DNA from: a virus
IMG/VR virus record: IMGVR_UViG_3300028534_000017
Span: 72,284 to 130,160 of that record
Direction: 5' to 3' (one strand)
Length of the DNA stretch: 57,877 nucleotides
Under the pieces are notes generated by a model. It was not told the DNA's origin and made no database searches. It was given only the letters and a program-made list of their open reading frames with translations. Both the position numbers and the translations under genes were made by a program. This document shows positions 48,780 to 57,877 of the stretch, in pieces. The number at the start of each line of letters is the position of its first letter. Within the stretch, counting starts at the first letter, position 1.

Positions 48780-49075
48780 ATAACTATCAATAGTTAACTA
48801 TTGATACACGCACTACAGATAGTTAACTATTAATAGTTATTTATTTTTAAAATCTCTAGCTAACAGATTTTAAAATAAACTTAAAATCGAAAACCAAGTC
48901 CCCTATTTACCGGTGATATCAATGTTTGAAAAATTAACTATTTCTTAAATTTTAACTTTTAAAAATTTTTGTCTTTTTGAAATAACTGGCTATAGTATGT
49001 TAGTTGTTATATAAATAACTATCAATAGTTAACTATCTGTACCACATACCATGAATAGTTAACTATTAATAGTTT
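48780..49075. repeat. Divergent junction holding inverted-repeat copy B (48814-48991) and four ATAGTTAACTAT palindromes
   Basis: Exact palindromes at 48790, 48819, 49025 and 49055. Confidence 0.9.
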
Positions 49076-49159
49076 TTCCATTATTTTCAAAACGCATTTT
49101 TAAATTTCGCGAAATTTATAATTGGAACTAAATATTATTAAAAATCTAAGGAAATAATT

Positions 49160-49837
49160 ATGGGTGTAACACAAGCGCAAATACTAGCGATTAATAAAAA
49201 TGGTTCTGGTACAATAGATTTCCAGAAAGAAGCTTTGTCAAAACAAAATGCTTATCCTTTAGATGCTGGAGAATCCAAACATAATATATTACAAAAACGT
49301 TTGACTTTAAAAGCAACTGGAATGAAAAATGTTTTAAAAGATTCCGATGATTTATATAAAAGTATAATAAAATTAAAGAAGACTGGAATGTTAAAAGATA
49401 TGTTAAAAAGAGCAGGAATTAAAAAAGATTATTTTAATGAAAGTGTTTTAAGTATGTTAGATCCAAATACATCAGCTAAAAATATACAGGCCTTTCAAGA
49501 GATGGAAGGAGCTGTGGTTTCTTCTGGTGGTGGTCCTATTGCTCCTATGGGTGGTTTTGGAACTATGTTAAAGGATTCTTATCCAAAAGCTGGAGGATTA
49601 GGTTCCAAAAAATCTTCTAAATCTTCTATAAATAATCCAGAAGATAAAACAGAAGTAATAGAAGAATTTTTAGGATTTGGAGAAAATAAAATTACTCGAC
49701 CAGATAATAGTAATTTATTTAAAAAAGTTAATAATATTAAAATAGCTTCTAGAAAAGAAAATCCACCTCCAAAAGAGATTAAAGTACCTAAAAAAGAAAT
49801 AGCTAAGACAGCTAAAAAAATTTTAAAAGGAAAATAA
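49160..49837 (+). CDS. Hypothetical (probable virion) protein
   Basis: 225 aa; late-promoter-like GAACTAAATAT upstream. Confidence 0.6.
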   Translation: MGVTQAQILAINKNGSGTIDFQKEALSKQNAYPLDAGESKHNILQKRLTLKATGMKNVLKDSDDLYKSIIKLKKTGMLKDMLKRAGIKKDYFNESVLSMLDPNTSAKNIQAFQEMEGAVVSSGGGPIAPMGGFGTMLKDSYPKAGGLGSKKSSKSSINNPEDKTEVIEEFLGFGENKITRPDNSNLFKKVNNIKIASRKENPPPKEIKVPKKEIAKTAKKILKGK

Positions 49838-49838
49838 T

Positions 49839-50681
49839 ATGTCTGTAACTGAAACAGAATTAGTCGATAATATAAATAGAATAGAAGACGAATGTGCCAA
49901 TTTAGAACAATTTGACACATTCGTAGATGATATAGAAAATAATATAGAAGATTCTTCATTTAGTATTACTTGGAGTAATTGGGAAAATCTTTTATCTTAT
50001 ATTAAATTACATTTAGGTAGTACGGTTAATAATATAGAATTAACAGATGAAGAAATAATAGAAATTATTAATGAACATGTTTTACCAGAATTTAGTAGAT
50101 ATGTTCCATTAATAAGATATTATGTAATGTATGAATACGAGAATATTGTTTCTCGTAATCCGGCTTTAGTATTTCAATTTAAAAATTTTAAATACAAAAT
50201 TATGAACGTTAATAGATTAATTAGAAAACCATCCGTAATGGATATTACTCAGTACTATAACTTACAACAAACTTCTGGAGATTTAACCGATATGTTAATT
50301 GCTCAAAATTCATTTAGTATGTCTAAAGATTTTATATCTCAGGATACTTGGAAATTCTTTGCTCCGGATAAATTGCAAATGGTCCGTGGTAGTAATAACT
50401 ATGGTTCTGTTTTAGATTTTATAGTAGAATTAAATTGTATTCATAAAGATCCAAGTACGGTTGATCCAGATGTTTATCCATATTTAAGAGATTTATCTTT
50501 AGCTATGGTTTTTATAGCGATTGGTAGAATTCGTAAAAAATTCTCTAATTTTAATACTCCTCAGGCTCAGATAGATATTAATGCTGATGAAATGCTTCAA
50601 GAAGGAAATCAACTTAGAGAAAAAGTAATCCAGGAATTGGAAGAATTGCCGCCGGAAAGTTATATTTGGTTTTTGAATTAA
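49839..50681 (+). CDS. Neck protein, T4 gp13-like
   Basis: YIKLHLGSTVNNIELTDEEI and IGRIRKKF...INADEMLQEG match the gp13 end motifs. Confidence 0.7.
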   Translation: MSVTETELVDNINRIEDECANLEQFDTFVDDIENNIEDSSFSITWSNWENLLSYIKLHLGSTVNNIELTDEEIIEIINEHVLPEFSRYVPLIRYYVMYEYENIVSRNPALVFQFKNFKYKIMNVNRLIRKPSVMDITQYYNLQQTSGDLTDMLIAQNSFSMSKDFISQDTWKFFAPDKLQMVRGSNNYGSVLDFIVELNCIHKDPSTVDPDVYPYLRDLSLAMVFIAIGRIRKKFSNFNTPQAQIDINADEMLQEGNQLREKVIQELEELPPESYIWFLN

Positions 50682-50743
50682 TATTCATCTGTATTTAATT
50701 ACAAACAAAACAAAGAAATATATTAAAAAAATAAGGAATTAAT

Positions 50744-51271
50744 ATGGCCCGTAAGAAAAAAGATGTTGAAGTAGAAGAAGCTCAGGTTGCTATCGAATTA
50801 GCAGAACAAGAAAAACAAGAAGCTATTGAAGCCGAAGCGGAATTAGCTAAAGAAGAAGCTGAAGCAAAAGCAGCCGAAGAAGTCGAAACAAAAGCACTTA
50901 AAAAAGCCGAAGAAGCTGCAAAAAAAGCAGCTGAAGCAGAAACTAAATTGGCAGAAGCCGAAGCAACTGGCGACGAAGAAGCTGTTAATATAGCTTTAGA
51001 AATTCAAAATAAATATAAACTTGAATTAGAAGCTGCAGAAGCTGAAAAAACTAAAGTTAAAGAAGCTAAAGCTAAAGAACTTCAAGAGGCTATCGCAGCT
51101 AGAGTTAAAGCGGTTACTCAAAAAGACGAAGCTGATTTAGCATACGATGAAATTCCATTAACTGCTAGAATCCCGGATGAAAAACAAAAAGAAAAACGCG
51201 GTTTACCAGATAAAGTACGCGAATATAAAGATGAAAGTTCTTTATATGGTACTCAATTTTATAGAGTATAA
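50744..51271 (+). CDS. Ala/Glu/Lys-rich coiled-coil protein
   Basis: Low-complexity EAEAKA repeats; AAGGA RBS. Confidence 0.7.
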   Translation: MARKKKDVEVEEAQVAIELAEQEKQEAIEAEAELAKEEAEAKAAEEVETKALKKAEEAAKKAAEAETKLAEAEATGDEEAVNIALEIQNKYKLELEAAEAEKTKVKEAKAKELQEAIAARVKAVTQKDEADLAYDEIPLTARIPDEKQKEKRGLPDKVREYKDESSLYGTQFYRV

Positions 51272-51290
51272 AAATATAAAAATATTTTTA

Positions 51291-51318
51291 TAGGATCTTA
51301 TCTTTCGATAAGATCTTA
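51291..51318 (+). terminator. Hairpin, probable terminator
   Basis: TAGGATCTTATC-TTTC-GATAAGATCTTA; TATAAATA follows at 51326. Confidence 0.55.
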
Positions 51319-51344
51319 TTAAGAATATAAATAAAAGGAAAATA

Positions 51345-52079
51345 ATGAAAGATAAAAGCCAGTACTTAGATATTACAAAAAATGAAATTAAAGCTAAAAA
51401 AGAATGCTTAATAATTATTAATTTAGAAGAGTATAAAAACGTTTCGGAAGAAATTGTTGAAAACGAAGATAATGATAATGAATTGGTTTTAAATATTCAT
51501 GGTTTTTTTGAAATAGTTTTTCCCAATGATTTGAATAGTATTCAATTTACATTACCATATAATGTTAATCTTTATAAACATAATGTTAGTAATGGTAAAA
51601 ATTCCAAAGAATTGATTTTTAAATTTATGCCTGGTGATACTATTTTTACAGCACATTTTAAAAATAAAAATACCAATATTGATGTATTATCAGCATTATT
51701 TCAAAATCGAGTTAAATATATTTCGGATGATATTTACGAATTAGTGCTTAGTATATATAATCAATTATCTGGGGTTACTAATATCGATATGTTTAATATT
51801 GAAACTATTTTAACTCAGGTATTTGCGGAATCTATTAATGGAAAACTTATTCCACTTAGATTAACTAATAAAAAGTACTCTAAAAAATATGCTATTGACT
51901 TTACTAAATCTTCCCATAATTTTAGTAATATTATGGGATTCAGTTATGGTTATACTAATAAATATTTAATGACTAAAATAACAGATAAAAATAAAAAATT
52001 AGACGATAGTTATTTAGAAAATATCATTACTAATAAATATTCAAAAATTAAAGAAAATAAAGAAAAACAAGGGAAATAA
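51345..52079 (+). CDS. Putative phage RNA polymerase beta' C-terminal fragment
   Basis: YNQLSGVTNIDMFNIETILTQV resembles beta' GVxIxDKHIEVIVRQM; IMGFSYG resembles SAASFQ. Confidence 0.45.
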   Translation: MKDKSQYLDITKNEIKAKKECLIIINLEEYKNVSEEIVENEDNDNELVLNIHGFFEIVFPNDLNSIQFTLPYNVNLYKHNVSNGKNSKELIFKFMPGDTIFTAHFKNKNTNIDVLSALFQNRVKYISDDIYELVLSIYNQLSGVTNIDMFNIETILTQVFAESINGKLIPLRLTNKKYSKKYAIDFTKSSHNFSNIMGFSYGYTNKYLMTKITDKNKKLDDSYLENIITNKYSKIKENKEKQGK

Positions 52080-52080
52080 A

Positions 52081-53175
52081 ATGAAAATCAAATTTGCGGA
52101 CTTAAAAACTATTAATAAATTAATCCAAGAAAGTTCTGAAGATTTTCTTAGTAAACCAAAAGAACCAGGATTTTTTGAAAGAAATAAAACTAATCTTGGT
52201 ATTGGAGCAGCTGGTCTTCTTGGAGCAGCTGGTCTTGGATATCTTGGACATGATTTAGGTAATCAATACGGCGATTCTGCTCATACCAAAGATATAATGG
52301 ATATTGAAAATAGTAAATCTTTACAACAGTCACAATTAGAAAATTTGCAAGCTTCTAAACAATCTTTAGAAAATTTTGATCCAAAAGCGGGATTAACTAT
52401 AGACGAACATTTAATTAGAACAGATGGTGTAGATAAAATTATGGCTGATATAGAAGCTGAAAAAGATAGAGCCCTTGCAGAAGTTAAAGCTAAATTTGGA
52501 GCAAATACTATAGAAGGTGCCAAAGCAACTACGAGAATTTTAGATAACTATAATGCTAATAAAACTGCTTTACAGGATGCTTTACATTCGAATACTAAAT
52601 TTCTCGGAGATTTTAGAAGTGGTGGTGAGGTTAAAGATATTATTGGTTCTAATAATGTTCCAGAGAGTTCATTCTTTTCAAGATTATTTTCTAATGATGA
52701 TCTAAGTAATCCATCAGAAGCTAATTTACAAAATAGAGCAAGAATAGATGATATAATTAAGAAAGCAACTGCGGTAAGCGAATTAAACGATAATATCGAT
52801 CCACAGGATATAGTTAAATATAATACTAACCAACTACCAATAGTAAAAGAGAAACTTAATCATGATATGGAAGGAATTAATAAAGCTATACAAAAAACAG
52901 ACAATACCTTAACAAGATTAAAAACTCCAGAAGCGGAACAACAATATTTAAATAAATACAGTAATATTGGTACTGGAATCGGATCAGTCTCCGGTGGTGG
53001 TTTAGCAGCAGTTGGTGCAGCTAAATTAGCAGCTGCTCATAAAGAAGCTAAAGAAGCTAAAGAAAGAGAAGACGAAAATAATTTAAATAGTTATGGTGAA
53101 GCCCTTCCGGATACTTCAAATACACAAGCTCCTTCACAACATCAACAACAAAATTCTTTAATAGGAATTAGATAA
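52081..53175 (+). CDS. Gly-zipper / coiled-coil protein, possible internal head protein
   Basis: LIQE motif followed by GIGAAGLLGAAGLG. Confidence 0.5.
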   Translation: MKIKFADLKTINKLIQESSEDFLSKPKEPGFFERNKTNLGIGAAGLLGAAGLGYLGHDLGNQYGDSAHTKDIMDIENSKSLQQSQLENLQASKQSLENFDPKAGLTIDEHLIRTDGVDKIMADIEAEKDRALAEVKAKFGANTIEGAKATTRILDNYNANKTALQDALHSNTKFLGDFRSGGEVKDIIGSNNVPESSFFSRLFSNDDLSNPSEANLQNRARIDDIIKKATAVSELNDNIDPQDIVKYNTNQLPIVKEKLNHDMEGINKAIQKTDNTLTRLKTPEAEQQYLNKYSNIGTGIGSVSGGGLAAVGAAKLAAAHKEAKEAKEREDENNLNSYGEALPDTSNTQAPSQHQQQNSLIGIR

Positions 53176-53201
53176 AAATAAAATAATTTAAAGGAATAAA
53201 A

Positions 53202-54995
53202 ATGGAAATTAAAAAAATATTTACTAGTACTGGGTTAAATGGAATAAAAGAATTAACTTTTAAAAATTTAACCGATGATAGTTCTGGTAAAGCAGGAACT
53301 GGTATAAATTTAATATATTTTACGAATGTTACCAGTATTAATTATTCGGTTAATGAAAATAGTATTAATGGTTTAACTTTTCTTGCACATGCGAAAAATA
53401 AAACTTATTTTAATTCATTTATTATTCCACCATCATTTGTATTTTATAATCATAGAGTAAGTACCCTCAAATATTCTAAATTTTTTAAAGCCAATGCTGT
53501 TAAAAAAGGAATATCTGGAAGAATTTTAAAAACTATTCCTTTAACCAAAACGGAAATTCTCCAGAAAAGTTCTTTTTATGATTTGACTGCATTAGGGGAA
53601 TCTTTTAAAACAGTTTCTGGTATTTCTGAAATTAAAGCTATTCAAGAATTCATGAATCTTTTATTAAGTATTATAAAAGAATATCATAAAACTTTTTATA
53701 AAAAAGATACTTATTTATTATTAGAAACTGATTATGATAATAAAGAAATTTTAGATATGTTTTTAAAATTTTACCGTATTAAAAATAATTTAATTGATTT
53801 AACTGGTATTCCACATTTTAAAGGAATTGTGGTTAAAATTAAAAATAATTATTATCCATTAACGGAAATAAAAACTTCTTTAAATGGGGATGGTTTAGGT
53901 ATTAATCTTCAGGCGTTAAATAAAATAAATAAAATTCTTTTAGAAGAACATAAAAAAGATTTAACAAGTGCTGGTCTTAATTTAGATGAAGAAGATGTAA
54001 AAAGTGTAGAAGATATAAAAGATGAAAAAGACAATAAAGTTTTTGATGGAACTAAGGTTAAATCCAAGGATAAAACTTTAAAAATTAAAGAAGAACTTTT
54101 AGATAAATTTACGGAAGTTAAAGAACTTAATAAAGGTATTAAAGATCCAAAAGCCGATATTAAAATAAATAATATTTTAAATCAAGCTAATGAAATTATT
54201 ACAAAAAATACTTCTAAATTAACTGGAACTGAAAATACTAAAAAAGATAGTTTACGCCATGATAAAATTTTAAATGATTTAGAAAAAGATCCTAAATTTG
54301 CCAAGTACTTAAAAGAAGTACAAATGCTTAAAGATATTAATTTTAAATTCAACGGTAGTATTAAAGTACAGAAATCCAATCTTCCAAAAAATTTATATTA
54401 TGATCCAATTAAAGCTACTGGTATAGAAACTTACACTAGTTATAATAAACAACAAACTGAGTTTAACGAAGTACTTGACGAATCTATGTTTGATCTGTTT
54501 AAATCTTTAGAAACTGATAAAGACGCTGGACTAAAAGTACAAGACGTTAAAATATCTTTCGAAGATAATATTAAAAATAGATTTAAAATATATAAAGTTA
54601 AATTAAAGAATACGAAATTCGGTTATGAAAAACCTTATGAAATTCAATTAAAAGTACCTTATCCAAGTCATGGTAAGTACATTAAATTAGATTCTAATAA
54701 GTACATAATGATTAATCAATTATTCCCTTATCCTATTTTAAAGATTCAACCAAATGCTGTAAGAATATACACTCACTTTAGTACGGCTGCAGTAGAGCTT
54801 AAAGGTAGTAATGTTAATCTTGGTACCAATGATTTAAACAGAATTAAAGATGCTTTTTTAATTAACCTTACAGAAGCTAAACTTAAAGTAAAAACTCAAG
54901 ATTTGGACGATCAAAAAGTACAACGTATTAAAGATAAATATAATTTACCTTTCGATTTAAACGATAAGTTATTTACTAATATCGAAATTGGTTAA
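53202..54995 (+). CDS. Putative phage RNA polymerase beta N-terminal fragment
   Basis: LKVPYPSHGKYIKLDSNKYIMINQL resembles beta IPxxxxxGxFIINGxExVxxxQL. Confidence 0.5.
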   Translation: MEIKKIFTSTGLNGIKELTFKNLTDDSSGKAGTGINLIYFTNVTSINYSVNENSINGLTFLAHAKNKTYFNSFIIPPSFVFYNHRVSTLKYSKFFKANAVKKGISGRILKTIPLTKTEILQKSSFYDLTALGESFKTVSGISEIKAIQEFMNLLLSIIKEYHKTFYKKDTYLLLETDYDNKEILDMFLKFYRIKNNLIDLTGIPHFKGIVVKIKNNYYPLTEIKTSLNGDGLGINLQALNKINKILLEEHKKDLTSAGLNLDEEDVKSVEDIKDEKDNKVFDGTKVKSKDKTLKIKEELLDKFTEVKELNKGIKDPKADIKINNILNQANEIITKNTSKLTGTENTKKDSLRHDKILNDLEKDPKFAKYLKEVQMLKDINFKFNGSIKVQKSNLPKNLYYDPIKATGIETYTSYNKQQTEFNEVLDESMFDLFKSLETDKDAGLKVQDVKISFEDNIKNRFKIYKVKLKNTKFGYEKPYEIQLKVPYPSHGKYIKLDSNKYIMINQLFPYPILKIQPNAVRIYTHFSTAAVELKGSNVNLGTNDLNRIKDAFLINLTEAKLKVKTQDLDDQKVQRIKDKYNLPFDLNDKLFTNIEIG

Positions 54996-55004
54996 GGAGT
55001 TAAA

Positions 55005-55463
55005 ATGGACTTTAATATAAAAACTAAGTTTGAATTTCAAGATGATGAAGAAATTCAAATAATACGTTCGAATATATTTCCGAATGCATCTACAATAACT
55101 CCTTATTTTTTTATACGGAATCATTTAGATACTAAAAATTATAGAATAAGTATTTCGTTTGAACATCTTAATAAAAATTTTGGTTTGGATATTGGTATAA
55201 TTAGAGATTTCGATAAAATTAATTTACCAAAAGATAATAAAATAAAATTCTTTTCCGGTTTTAATTTATTACACAAATTAGAAACGGAAAACACCAAAAT
55301 AAACATCATGAATTTAATTATAAATAATACAAGTATTTTTTTAATTAATAAAACGTTTGAAGATATATCTTCGGAAACTTTAGTATATTTTTCTAAAGAT
55401 TATTCAACTATAAATACTTTTTTAGAAAATAATAAAAATAATCCGGAGGTATACTATGGCTGA
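55005..55463 (+). CDS. Hypothetical protein
   Basis: 152-aa ORF with an AAGGAG RBS. Confidence 0.65.
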   Translation: MDFNIKTKFEFQDDEEIQIIRSNIFPNASTITPYFFIRNHLDTKNYRISISFEHLNKNFGLDIGIIRDFDKINLPKDNKIKFFSGFNLLHKLETENTKINIMNLIINNTSIFLINKTFEDISSETLVYFSKDYSTINTFLENNKNNPEVYYG

Positions 55464-57159
55464 ATTGGGAGTAGAATTTAGTGATATTGGTCAGGTTACC
55501 TATACCGAAGAGGATATTGCCAACTTAAAAGATATTAGTAAAAAAATTAAAAACGATGCCCAAGAAGAGATTAATCCTTTTACTGGTAAAGCAAATGCTT
55601 TAAATCTTCCTCCTAACGACGAGGATTTGCCAGAAGAATCTTTGCCAGAAGAGACATTAGAAAAGATAGATGAATATATTAATCCAGATAGTAATGAAGT
55701 AGTTATAAGAACAGATCGAGCAGATTTATTTGATAATTATCATAACTTTTATATAAACTTTTTTAAGTACTTAAAATATTTTTTAGGTACGCATTTAACA
55801 AAAGGTTATAAATCAAGAACGGGGGAAGTACAATACATCAAAAACTTTTCGTTTAATTATGGTTCTCAAATTATGTCTTCTATTGATTATTATGATGGAG
55901 CTTCTTATGAATTACCATTTGCTAAAATCAATTTGGTAGATGTTCGACCAATGGATAATGTTCAATATATATCTAGACAGAGTCTTGGTAAAACTCCAGC
56001 TAATAATATTATTATCGCTGAAAATAAAGATTTAAATGAAGTTATTTTTACTTCGGTTCAATATAATTATATTAATATATCGGTTGAATTATCGTTAGAA
56101 AGTTCTGCTGAGATGCTTGATTATATAAGTAATATAAACACCCATATACCTCTTAATTATACTGTATATACACCAAAGTATTATAACTATATAAATATTT
56201 CGAGCGTAACTAAAACTTGGAAAAAAGAACATACTTATTATGGACTAATAGTAATACCAAGTAATACTTACAGTAATAAATTATATACTTATGGTAAATT
56301 AGAATTTGAACCATCTATGGAACTTACGAATGTTACTCAAAGTGTTTCTAAAGAAACCAATGAAAATACATTAACCTTAGATTTTATTTTTGGATTAACT
56401 ATTCCTACAAATGTTTATAAAAAGACTAAAATAGGAATTCATAAAATTACTACCGATATTGATCTAAAATTAAATAATGGTATTATTAATAATTTACCAT
56501 TATTAAATACATTGACGGCTGAAAGTTTTATCGATATAGAAAGCGACGATCTTTTAAAGCTTGGATCCAAATCTGCAACTATTAAAGAAACTATTGTTTT
56601 AGATCAACAAAATCTTTTGATACATAGCCCATATAAAATATTATCTTTTGGAACAGAAATCAATTTCAGAACTCTTTTAGAAAATAATTATAGTGGAATT
56701 GGATTTTGGAAAAAACGTATTTATACTGATTTATTAACAATAACTGATGATACAAATATAGAAAAATTTATACCATTAAATTATTTATTTAATGATAAAG
56801 CAAAAAAAGATAACGTTATAGAAACAATTGTTATAAAACAAGATTCAACAAAAACTATAGAAGAGAATATAGATATTCTTTTTAATGGTGGAACTTTAAA
56901 CAACATTGACTTTCCAGGAATTTATTCCTGGTATAATATTATGTACGATGAACTAAATACTAATAAAGTATTTCGATTTTGTATTATACCATCAAGTAAT
57001 TTGGATGATAACAATATTTTAGAAGAAAACGCGGAACTGGAAATTTTTCCAGAAGGTACAAATTTTCATTATTTAATTAAAAGTAAATACATCTTGGCCG
57101 AAGCCGATGAAATAGATAATCCTCATGATTATTATAATAGTATTTTACTTTATAACTAA
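55456..57159 (+). CDS. Virion protein, possibly tail-terminator (gp15)-like
   Basis: ELPFAKINL...YINISVELSLES..EMLD pattern; weak. Confidence 0.35.
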   Translation: MAELGVEFSDIGQVTYTEEDIANLKDISKKIKNDAQEEINPFTGKANALNLPPNDEDLPEESLPEETLEKIDEYINPDSNEVVIRTDRADLFDNYHNFYINFFKYLKYFLGTHLTKGYKSRTGEVQYIKNFSFNYGSQIMSSIDYYDGASYELPFAKINLVDVRPMDNVQYISRQSLGKTPANNIIIAENKDLNEVIFTSVQYNYINISVELSLESSAEMLDYISNINTHIPLNYTVYTPKYYNYINISSVTKTWKKEHTYYGLIVIPSNTYSNKLYTYGKLEFEPSMELTNVTQSVSKETNENTLTLDFIFGLTIPTNVYKKTKIGIHKITTDIDLKLNNGIINNLPLLNTLTAESFIDIESDDLLKLGSKSATIKETIVLDQQNLLIHSPYKILSFGTEINFRTLLENNYSGIGFWKKRIYTDLLTITDDTNIEKFIPLNYLFNDKAKKDNVIETIVIKQDSTKTIEENIDILFNGGTLNNIDFPGIYSWYNIMYDELNTNKVFRFCIIPSSNLDDNNILEENAELEIFPEGTNFHYLIKSKYILAEADEIDNPHDYYNSILLYN

Positions 57160-57236
57160 AAATAGAAATAAGTTATAAACTATAGTAATATACTTCACGT
57201 GAAATATATTTCTAAAAAAAATTAGGAGAAATTCTT

Positions 57237-57653
57237 ATGGAATTAAAGCAAATTATGTCTCAAGAAGTAGCTACTGTACTTGAAGAAGCTACAGGAATTG
57301 TTACAAATAGACTAGTAATGGAATCATTACTTAAAAACGGAAAAGTTACTATTGAAGAAGCTACATTTTTAAATAAATTGGCATCTGAAGTTATTACAGA
57401 GGCTGCTGAGGATTTTATCCCAGATTCAATTGAAGTACCAGATGCTCCAGTTCAAGAAACAGTTGAAGAAAGTATTCAAGCTGAACCAGTTCAAGAACCA
57501 GCTCAAGAACCAGCTCCAACTATCGAAGAAAGTACTCAACCTACAGAAGAAGTAGTTGAAGAAAGTACTCAAGCTACCGAAGCTGAACCAGCTAAGGAAG
57601 AACTTACAGAATCTGAAGCAATTGTTAATAATCTTATTAACAAACTTTTCTAG
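57237..57653 (+). CDS. Acidic prohead core-like protein
   Basis: Repeated VLEE/VME/ITE/IEE/LTE motifs and QEPA repeats. Confidence 0.55.
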   Translation: MELKQIMSQEVATVLEEATGIVTNRLVMESLLKNGKVTIEEATFLNKLASEVITEAAEDFIPDSIEVPDAPVQETVEESIQAEPVQEPAQEPAPTIEESTQPTEEVVEESTQATEAEPAKEELTESEAIVNNLINKLF

Positions 57654-57662
57654 GAGAATAAA

Positions 57663-57877
57663 ATGGCATTATTAAATAAAATAATTGAAAATAAAAGAGA
57701 TGAATATATGATTCAAGTACTTGAAGAAGGTACAACTGAATTAGAATCTTTAAAAACTAAGAAATATCTTACTGAGAATCTTCATCTAATTGGAAAGATC
57801 CTTATGGAAGAAGGTGTTGTAGATGCTGCTAAAGCTAACTTAGCTAATAACTGGGGTAAATATGCTGCGGGTGCTGG
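57663..57877 (+). CDS. Partial CDS, probable head protein
   Basis: AGGAG RBS; MALLNKIIEN...ILMEEG...KYAAGA runs off the window end. Confidence 0.65.
   Translation, partial: MALLNKIIENKRDEYMIQVLEEGTTELESLKTKKYLTENLHLIGKILMEEGVVDAAKANLANNWGKYAAGA

Noticed and set aside
9526-48991. 39-kb composite transposon bounded by the inverted repeats
   Set aside because: The enclosed DNA includes core portal and helicase genes, no transposase is seen, and the repeats are diverged.
48780-49075. Palindromic repeats as a CRISPR array
   Set aside because: Units are only 12-14 bp with irregular spacing, there are no unique 30-40-bp spacers, and no cas genes.
517-54379. Short overlapping or antisense ORFs (517, 2853, 4467, 10541, 14326, 17089, 18460, 30000, 35095, 36080, 37511, 40700, 40849, 42859, 49579, 52281, 54182)
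   Set aside because: They lie wholly or largely within longer, better-supported genes and have no recognisable motifs.
45233-57570. Short in-frame tandem duplications (DLDNIE x2, GAAGL x2, QEPA repeats)
   Set aside because: Ordinary low-complexity coding repeats with no sign of a separate function.
1-57877. Stop-codon recoding (alternative genetic code)
   Set aside because: Genes tile densely in the standard code, and TAG/TGA occur at natural gene ends followed by an RBS or terminator.

Overview
This is a very AT-rich (visibly under ~30% GC) segment of a large tailed-phage (jumbo myovirus-like) genome, read in the standard genetic code. The AAGGA ribosome-binding sites and base composition would fit a Campylobacterota-type host, but that is inference only. 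1-9.3 kb: minus-strand block of small early/accessory genes with one orphan radical SAM (rSAM) gene, local duplications and structured intergenic RNA. 9.8-15.8 kb: SF2 helicase, ParM-like actin with a putative adaptor, Sm-like protein. 15.9-29.5 kb: virion genes (tape-measure/hub-like, gp48-like, T4 gp20-like portal, fibres). 29.5-48.3 kb: the standout island, directly behind the tail fibre. It holds 10 rSAM genes, a fibre-like protein with a (N/D)xxC-x-C repeat tail beside a SPASM maturase, four glycosyltransferase-like genes, an amidinotransferase, a DegT aminotransferase and weakly kinase-like ORFs. I read it as a candidate virion-protein hypermodification system combining RiPP-like cross-linking with amino/guanidino-sugar decoration. 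48.2-57.9 kb: dUTPase, gp13-like neck protein, probable split RNA polymerase beta/beta' fragments, head-core proteins. Non-coding signals: a dispersed 14-bp-phased ATAGTTAACTAT palindrome, a ~177-bp inverted repeat at both divergent junctions, and terminators sharing a TTTCCTGTC tail. All calls come from motif recognition by eye; no searches were run.
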